NCBI GenBank assembly: GCA_021613535.1
Contig: CP075494.1
Coordinates: forward strand, 6,138,001-6,202,000
From: Adineta vaga
Taxonomy: Eukaryota; Animalia; Rotifera
Reading direction: 5' to 3'
DNA: 64,000 nucleotides
Shown piece by piece: positions 55,368-64,000 of this stretch. Both the position numbers and the translations under genes were made by a program. Every line of letters starts with the position of its first letter. The stretch's first letter is position 1. The notes beneath the pieces are model-generated. The model was not told where the DNA came from, made no database searches, and was given only the letters and a program-made list of their open reading frames with translations.

Positions 55368-56743
55368 ATGGATATTTCAGAATTTGAAAAGAATTCCTTG
55401 TCAAATATTATATTTCGTTCATCATATGAGACGAATGATACAAATCGATCATTCTTTCTTGGAATTGATGAAGCTGGACGTGGTCCTGTACTTGGTAAGT
55501 TGAAGATATGATATGATGATGGTAGATTTTGGTTAAAAATCTATTTTAAAGGTCCAATGGTTTACTCGGCATTCTTTTGTGATGAAGATCATTTATCTGT
55601 TTTGAATGATCTCGGTTGTGCAGGTAAGATTGATAAGATCATTCATGAAAGATTTAGTTTTCTGATTTATTTAGATTCAAAACAATTAACTGAAGAACGA
55701 CGCTCATTAATATTTGCTGAATATGAAAAACATAAAACTTATCTTGGTTTTGTACTTAAAGTACTTTCACCACATATGATTTCTACGTGCATGTTAAGAA
55801 GGTAAGTCTTTATGTTTTCCTTTTAGTAACTTTGTCAATGTTTTTGTTTTCTAGAGATAAATATAATTTAAATGATATGTCTCATGGTAAATCAATGATT
55901 TCTTCGTTTTAAGAAAGTATTTGGCTTGCTTTTTCCTTATAGATGCAGCTTTAGAACTTATTCAATTAGTTCTAGATCAAGGTATCAATGTTAAACAAGT
56001 AGAAAATGAAACAATAAATGATTATAAAATGAAAAATTTTCTTTACTTTCAAGGTTTTTGTTGATACAGTCGGTGATCCAGATAAATATGCGAGTAAAAT
56101 TCGTCTTCGCTTTCCAAAATTAAAAGTTACTGTATCAAAAAAAGCTGATTCACTTTATCCGATTGTTTCAGCATCGAGTATTTGTGCTAAAGTAGTTCGA
56201 GATCAAATTGTTCAATCATGGAAAATCAAAGAATTTGATGAAGAAAAACAAATTATTCAATATGGATCTGGTTATCCTGGTGGTAAGAGAAAGAAGAAAA
56301 AGGATTTTCTCTAAATATATCTCGATTTTCATATGAATGTTTAGATCCTAAAACAAAACAATTTTTAACTGAAGCACTAGATGAAATCTTTGGTTTTCCC
56401 AAATTTGTTCGTTTTAGTTGGTCAACAGCATCAACTATTATCGGAAATAAATGCGTAAAAGTTTCTTGGTAAAGACAAAAAGAAGAGAATTTAAATTTTC
56501 TCATAACATTATCAATATATTTTAAGGGATGATGATGAAGATGAGAATGTAAATACAAAAACAACAGCAAAAAAACGTAAATCGGAAGTAATCGAAAGTT
56601 CAACAACAACAACAACAACAAAAACACTTTTCAGTTATTTTGCTCAAAAAACGGCAAAGAAAACTGAACCGATCGTTCGACGTACATCGGGTAGTCATTT
56701 TTTTCGCGCAGCACATCTTAAGCCAGCTGTTTTTCCTAACTAA
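55368..56743 (+). CDS. RNASEH2A: Ribonuclease H2 subunit A
   Basis: LGIDEAGRGPVLGPMVY, DSKQL, VFVDTVG, KKADSLYPIVSASSICAKV, GSGYPGDP and FGFPKFVRFSW motifs. TAA at 56741-56743. Confidence 0.95.
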
Positions 56744-57431
56744 TTAATTGTGTATTAGAAACCAATAGAAAAAAAATCTTTCTTATTCGAATAGATAATG
56801 TCAGTTATTAATAAATGTGATGATATATTCAGAAGTACATCTTTCGACACATATTTTTCTTCCAGTGAATTCGTCAGAATCGAGGTCGACACGCATCTTA
56901 TCGATTGAAAACTTATTAACCATTATTTTTATCATGTAAAATCAATCAAAAATACATCATAACGAGTCGATCTAAAGAAGATATCTTTGACGGGCAAGAT
57001 AATGTAAAACCTTTTGTTCTATCCATTATAAACGAAAGACAGACTATTAATCATCTCGAGAATATGTTAATAAATCTTCGAAGTAACTTCCTAATAAGAA
57101 ACGAAGGCAACAGATTTTCGACTGTACTTAAAACTTCATCTTGAAAATCGATCACATTTTTTTTCTTTCTTGCTCTTTTAATCGATCGAGCAATTTGTTT
57201 CAACTTAGAAACACTCATTTTGACAGCGAACATCGAAAACAGCTGCCTACATATGTTACAATAATTGACTGATTATCTAGTTCTAACGACAAGCTTTTCT
57301 TCTTGTAGATTTAATTAGATAAATAATGACATTCATGACAAATAAAGTTTACAATATATGAGTGTAATTGCTCAACTGGAAAATAATCGATCGAATTTTC
57401 TCTCATGATCTACAGGTCGACATTAAAATAT

Positions 57432-58310
57432 TTAATTTAAAAAGAAAATTTGATGTGTAAGAATAATACTAACAATAAGAAAACAATAAGATATAGTTCG
57501 ATGATTTGATGATGATTTTGTCTGTATATGAATTTCATCATCACTTGTCATATTATACCAATCTGTATAATTTCGAAGATATTTTTTAATTAATTCCATT
57601 GTCATATTTCTATTACAAAGGTTTTTGTTACATTTATATTCTATATATTCTCGTTCTTCTGTAATAGCTCTCGGGAAATAATAAGTCATATCACTGAATA
57701 AAGTTGGCGTATTATCATTCGTACACGATTGTTTGATGTTAATATTTTGTGCATAACATAAACCATGTTTACATAAAATTGTTGAACGATTACCAAGTTT
57801 TGTACTGTCTTTACAACGATAACGTGTTAGATTACTTTTTGGTATTCGTGTTCGATATAATTTCGTATGGATTTTCTTTATTATGTGTTTACCTTCGGCA
57901 ATTAAACGTTCGATCGTATTCAAATAATATAAACGTGCACAATCATCTCTTGTTCGACATTCATATTGTCGATTGGTTATATTTGGTTGACCAGATTCTC
58001 TATTAAAACCTAACCATATTGATTGAGTAAGAAATTCTGATTGATTATAATCATGAAATCGAGATGTATCGTTTGTTGCTTTTAAATCAACATAAACATT
58101 TTCAGCGTCATAATCAACACGATAATTAATAGTACAAATAAGAGCTGGATGATAGATATTCGCATTTTCACTACAACGTACCGGTATTCTTCTTGGTTCA
58201 TGAAATGAAACTGTTAGTCGAGGACATTCAGATGTACAAAAAATATAATTACATGAGAGATATTTAATCCATAAAAATGAAAATAAAATAAGATGAATAT
58301 AAAATGACAT
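57432..58310 (-). CDS. Intronless Cys-rich secreted or GPI-anchored protein (~292 aa), function unknown
   Basis: ATG 58310 begins a signal peptide (MSFYIHLILFSFLWIKYLSC). Cys clusters end in CRTRDDC and CNKNLCN. A hydrophobic C-terminus follows a run of small residues (KSSSN). Confidence 0.75.
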   Translation of the reverse strand: MSFYIHLILFSFLWIKYLSCNYIFCTSECPRLTVSFHEPRRIPVRCSENANIYHPALICTINYRVDYDAENVYVDLKATNDTSRFHDYNQSEFLTQSIWLGFNRESGQPNITNRQYECRTRDDCARLYYLNTIERLIAEGKHIIKKIHTKLYRTRIPKSNLTRYRCKDSTKLGNRSTILCKHGLCYAQNINIKQSCTNDNTPTLFSDMTYYFPRAITEEREYIEYKCNKNLCNRNMTMELIKKYLRNYTDWYNMTSDDEIHIQTKSSSNHRTISYCFLIVSIILTHQIFFLN

Positions 58311-58481
58311 AACGAATGTTATCGATCGGTAATGTAAGAATATAAGTGTGTAATTTATCCTCTCACTTGATAGAGATTTGTCTATGCTAGATCGACAACA
58401 GAAATAGCGAAACAAGAAAAAAAAGGAAAAATAATATAGAACTACCCTGCTTAGCAGAGTCTTATATGCTCTCTTCTGTTC

Positions 58482-58505
58482 CTCTCTCTCTCTCTCTCTC
58501 TCTCT
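58482..58505. repeat. (CT)n microsatellite upstream of the Cys-rich surface protein gene
   Basis: Directly visible in the sequence. Confidence 0.85.
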
Positions 58506-60293
58506 GTTTGTGTTTCGCTCGTTTGCTTGCTCTTTCTCAGACGACCTTTTAGGTGTAGTTAGACATTCCCAAGAAAACATCTAGCTACTGCAGAAATAAT
58601 GCAAACAAAATCATTCATCGGAATAAATATGTATAGGAAAAAGACGACAAAGTTTTGTTGATGACATCTGATAAGAGTGAACAATTCGTGTCTAAATAAC
58701 TTTGTATGGTCTTAATGGATCTAATTGATGAGACATATAACAACTGACATGTGTCAGCTTTTGTTTATAATAATGTAGTTATTTCAGTAGAAATTGTCAT
58801 TAAAGAAAATAAATATTGCCTTTCGAACAAATCTTAACGCAATAGAATTATTATTTTAACATTGATTTGAAATAAGAAAATAGACTTCTGGCACTGATTG
58901 TATATCAATAGTTTATAGCTTAAAGAAAAAAATTCAACCTTATTTTGATGAATAAATTCACTGTCGGTGACAATCTCATGAGAATAAAGACAACCATCTT
59001 TCGCCATGTTTTGACATTAGTACACAATAGGAAACTGCTAATGCATCAATTAACCGGATTCTCTCTAAGAATACAAGTCAATCCTGTTATTTCCTATATA
59101 AACTCTTTTATGACAATGTCAACACAGGAGGTTTCAGTTAAACGAAAGATTAACGAGACCTTTGAATTACTATTCGTTCATTTAATAAAAACATTTCCAG
59201 TTGATATCGAAGCAAAACTTTGTTATCATTATTACTTCGATATGTGCTCGATTAACTTGCATATATATATATATAGGATCTAATTCGAAATAAATGGTTG
59301 CTATTAATTATTCTACCAGATAAATATAGAATACAAATACGCTGTATTTCATCAAATAATATCATAATCTCATAAATCTATTCATTTTTTTTTTAATATG
59401 TTATTAAATTAGCAGTCGATACTTATATGTGGCAAGTTTTGTCGATAATAATTTCTATATCAATCTACTCTTTTGCAAAATCAATAAAAGTACAAGATAT
59501 TCTGTTTACAATGAGCGATATTTGTTTACTTCTTCGATATATCGATGGTGTATGGAGATCTACATGGTCATCAAGATTCTTTATCGATACATGACGAATG
59601 ATAAAAGAACAGTATGCAAAGACAATGATAATGAAGAATAGAACAAATCATTGAATTAATAATGTGTATTATTTCAAAGAAAATATCAATCATAAAATAA
59701 ATTACAAACGATAGTTAAAACAGACCTTACTTAAACGATATAATTTATAGATCAATCAAAAGAACTGTATGAAAAACAAAAAAAAACGAATAACCTTTTG
59801 TTGAGGGTCAACATTAATACTATTTATATTTAGAATAGACACACTTTGATTGACGTTTACCATTAACATTCTCTTTTCATGTCTTGTTTATTTTATCTTT
59901 TACTTCAAGACGAATACTCCTATTCAAATCTACACAAAGCACGATTTAGTTCGTTCTAGTATGAAATGAATTTGAAAGCGATATACATTTCCGGATAGTT
60001 GACGGAAGTAATTATTCAATTAAATTTGCAATCGTTTTTACAGGATGATAAATATTGAACAGAGAGTGACGAATTTTGCTTTTTTTTTTGAAAAAAGACA
60101 AATGATTGAAAATAATCTACTTACAAATCATCTTATGTAATCTGTCCATGTAGTTCTGATAGAAACAGTCAAATTATTTCTCTATCAACAAACTAATCAT
60201 TTGCTTAGGAAAGAAAAAGAACAATTTTTCTTTTCTTATATTCTTGCACTTGTAATCATCACATTCATATTTTCACATTTCTAACAAAAAAAC

Positions 60294-61919
60294 ATGTCGT
60301 CAATAACACTTGCTATTGTTATTATTTTTTTATGTCTGGTTTATTATTACCTTAAATCGACTTACTTTACGTTACGTGGTTCAATACCTGGTATTCCACC
60401 TCATTTCTTATTTGGCAATTTTTTTCATTTAGCATGGATTACACGAAAATATGGATCAATGCCGGATTCTGTCATACATTTAAAAGAACGATTCGGTGAT
60501 GTCTATCAACTATGGATTGGTGCAATGCGAATGATTATGATTAATCGTTTAGAAGATGCTCAACATATATTTTCTCATCGACATATCTATGATCAAGGTG
60601 ATCTGTTTACGGAAAATTTTAAGATTATTAATCCACATGGAATTATTTGTTTGAAAGGTAGATTTTTTGTTCTATCAATATATTTTCAATTCTCTAGTTG
60701 TAGGTGCCGAATTTAAACGACATGCAACTTTTACTGCACCCTTATTTCGTCGCGCAAAAATTCTCGTTCATTTAAATACTATTACAGATTGTACAGATAA
60801 ATTACTAGATCGTTGGCGTACTCATTATACTGATCCTACTGAAGTTCATTTGGATATGATTGAACAATCACAACAATTACTTCTTGCCGTATTTGGATTT
60901 ATTGCTTTTGATTATGATTTACATACATTAGATGATGATGCAAATATGAAACATAATGAACTGACCGAAGCATTCTATTCATTATTGAATACGATGCAAA
61001 TACTTTTTCGATTACCGATATTTCTAGCTCGAATGTTTTGGTTTTTCAATTTTAAAGCACAACGAGCACGAAAAGTTATTGATCAATATTTAGAAAAAAT
61101 GATTGAACATGAATTAAATGCATCTGAGGAAATGCGTGCTGAACGAAAAAGAACAACATTAATTGCATCGTTAGTAACTTCTTTACAAGAAGATGAACAA
61201 CTCGAAGCAATAAAACCTGAAGAAGAAAAAAAAGGTAAATTCATTTTGATATCATACAAAAGATCATCTAAACAGTTGACTATGTAGGATTATCACGTAA
61301 TGAAGTTATGAGTGAAATGTTAGCATTTCTTTCTGCTGGCTTTGGAACGACATCAACGTCCCTGATTTGGTTTATCTATTATATGAGTAAAAAACCAGAT
61401 GTTCAAAAGAAAATAAAAGATGAACTTGCTGAATATGATGGACAACGTGTTTCACTTGAACAACTCGATTCCTTGGTTTATTTGGATTGTGTTCTTCGAG
61501 AACTATTACGTTTAGTTGGACCAGTTTTAGGTACAGTTCGAACATTAACAACTGATGATCAATTACCAGGCAGTGGTGTTCAATTGAAACAAGGTGATTC
61601 AGTTATGATTTCATTTTATACATTAGCAAGAGATAAACGTTATTGGTCTGATTTATATGATCTAAATGAATTTCATCCTGAACGATATTTAAATGATCCT
61701 GAACATAAGAATAATCTTGCTGCATTGATGGCATTTGGTGGTGGTCATCGACAATGTATGGGACAAGATTTAGCTCGATTTGAATTGAAAGTTATTTGTG
61801 CACGATTGATGCAATTTGTAAGTTTTGGTGATGGTGGACCAAAATTAAATGCTGGAGGATATGATGTTACAGACACTAATAAACCGAAAAACATCGGTGT
61901 AACTGTACGATTTGATTGA
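60294..61919 (+). CDS. Cytochrome P450 (microsomal type), 3 exons
   Basis: N-terminal anchor and PGIPP hinge, I-helix AGFGTT, ExxR (ELLR), FHPERY and the heme motif FGGGHRQCMG. Confidence 0.95.
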
Positions 61920-62576
61920 ACATATCTTTTTAAGATTGCTCATGGATATATTGATGTAGAATTTGATGCATATTCATGGAAATAACCTGACTTCTGTCGA
62001 AATTAGAACAAAAAATAGAGAAAGTAACCAGATTGATTGATGGAAATGTATATAAACATGAAATTTTTTCTAATAAATGAGTAACCAAATTTTCTTAGCA
62101 TGACAGAGCATAGCAATTCTTTACGTCATGATCATCTCGCAAAATATTGCAAATTTCATCAAAATGATCGACTCTTCCTCTTTCATGACATATCGACCAC
62201 TAAGTCCTTCAAAATGAAAAATTTCGTCCAACAGATGATTTATCATTTATTTCATCATTATGATTGTATATTCTCAATAAAAGACATCAATCATATCGAT
62301 AGATAATAATTCTTAATTTTATTCATGAAAAAATAAATTCGAAAAAGTTTTTTTTTCTTCATATTTCTTTTTCTTTTCTTCTCAAACAAAATATTTGATT
62401 TGTGGAGAGGCACATGTATGTGTCTCATGGCAGCTAACAGCTATATAAGAACGATCGAAATCATCAGCTGCGAGACAGGACACAGTGAAATCAAAAGAAA
62501 AAAGAACAACATATGTACTGTCAATATAATTTAAAATTTAAGAAAATTTTTTGTCAGATAAAGACTTCTTGTCATC

Positions 62577-63974
62577 ATGTTTACAACAACTAATGTGAAT
62601 TCACCAGTAGTATCGACTACTGCTATTGTTCGTCCTAGTTTTCAAATCATGAATACACCAAATAATCATCATACACTTGTTTCATCTTCTCCGACAAATC
62701 CTTCATGGCGTTTAACAACTCCTACACCGACTGTTGTTTCAATTATTAATGAATATTCACCGACAATTTATCTTGCATCTCAACCATCATCATCATCATC
62801 ATCATCATCGTCGTCAGCAGCAGCGACAACAACGCCTAATCTTATTCGTCAGCCTTTACAAACAGTACGTCAGGTATCACCATCATTTACATTAATTAAT
62901 AATAGTAATACAATATTAACTGGTCATGTTCCATCGATCTCACCATCAGTTAATACTTCAAATTTTCAATCAAGCGTTTGTGTTGAAACATCTAATCTTG
63001 GACGACTAGCGACGTCAATTATTGCAGAAACATCGGAAGAAAAGGTGGAATAAGAGAAAAAAAGCCAAAGAGATTATTTCAAAATAGAGAATATTTCTTT
63101 TTAGACTTCTTCAATAACTAATGATGTCGATATAACGAATAATTCTCAAGAACCTGAAATTGAATTATATGTAAATAATATTGTTTGCTCATTTGCACTT
63201 GGTTGTCAATTAAATCTACGGAAAATTGCAATGGAAGCTGCAAATGTTATTTATAAACGTGGTCATGCTGTACGTTTGAAATTCTTTTCATATTTTTTAT
63301 TCATTCGAAAGTTTTTTCTTCATACTTTAGATGGTTTTAATGAAGATTCGAAATCCATATTGTTCAGCTAATGTCTGGTCATCAGGCAAAGTGACAGTAA
63401 CAGGAACAACGACGTATGTTAAATGAATCATATTCTATATGTCTATGTCCTTTGGTATATATTCTAGTGAGGATGATGCTCAACGTGGAGCACGACGGGT
63501 TGCTCGATGTTTACAACGGCTTGGATTCAAAACAAAACTTCGAAACTATCGAATTGTTAACTGTCTTGCAACATGTTCAATGCCATGGCAAATTGATATT
63601 GGTAAATTAAGTCGAATGTATCCCGAATGTGTCAGGTAAATCAATAAAATACAATGGTAAAAATCAAAATTTATTTCTTATTTGAAAAATTCTAGTTATG
63701 AACCCGAAATTCATCCGGGAGCTACAGTCAGATTGGACAATAAAGCCGTTCTCAAAGTTTTTACCACTGGTAGTGTAACATTGACAGGTAAGAATAGTTT
63801 TTCCATGGAAAATTCATTCGCATATTCTTTTATTTAATATCCAAAGTGTATATATTTTTGTCTTTCTTTTTTATAGCACCGTCCGTTGATCGTATCAATA
63901 CAGCAGTAAATGAATTCTATCCTCAATTATTCGAATGTCGAAAACCGAGGTCTAATAATGAACAACGGCGTTAA
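62577..63974 (+). CDS. TBPL1: TBP-related factor 2 (TRF2/TLF/TBPL1) with a long Ser/Thr-rich N-terminus
   Basis: VNNIVCSF...LNLRKIA, VWSSGKVTVTGT, ARRVARCLQRLGF, IVNCLATCSMPW, SYEPEIHPG and KVFTTGSVTLTAP. TAA at 63972-63974. Confidence 0.9.
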
Positions 63975-64000
63975 ATCTTCTTCTTCTTCTTCTTCTTCTT

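Noticed and set aside
56600-56645. PIP-box-like TKTLFSYF at the RNase H2A C-terminus
   Set aside because: A similar motif (KITSYF) is present in human RNASEH2A, so it is not novel.
58311-58580. N-terminal 90 aa of the 382-aa ORF, including an (ER)n run
   Set aside because: This comes from read-through of a (GA)n microsatellite in the 5' region. The signal peptide begins at ATG 58310.

Overview
AT-rich, gene-dense eukaryotic DNA with many short (mostly ~45-70 nt) GT-AG introns. The gene content is metazoan, and the composition and intron style suggest a bdelloid rotifer (Adineta/Rotaria-like); this is inference only. About 24 protein-coding genes can be spliced by hand: a partial Tonsoku-like gene, a Tctex1-domain dynein light chain, a secreted EGF/mucin protein, a CABIT-like protein, three tandem PP2A catalytic subunit genes, SPATA6-like, COX15, two tandem zinc-finger+LRR genes, a protocadherin, two NCS-type EF-hand genes, an SLC52 riboflavin transporter, KIF24-like kinesin-13, a Shaker/Kv1 channel, an EB-module protein, Yurt/EPB41L5, Rab3, RNase H2A, an intronless Cys-rich surface protein, a cytochrome P450 and TRF2/TBPL1. 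No RNA genes, CRISPR arrays or intact transposons were recognised. Most notable: (1) Rab3 has two homologous 125-nt exons that must be mutually exclusive. (2) The PP2A-C triplet is a patchwork of near-identical shared blocks, and one copy has an intact frame but active-site substitutions (D88N, displaced R214), making it a candidate pseudophosphatase. (3) The two C-x4-C-x9-C-x2-H+LRR genes are built from 84-nt phase-0 exons, differ by whole-exon gain or loss, and share a conserved non-coding upstream block. All exon boundaries were read by eye.
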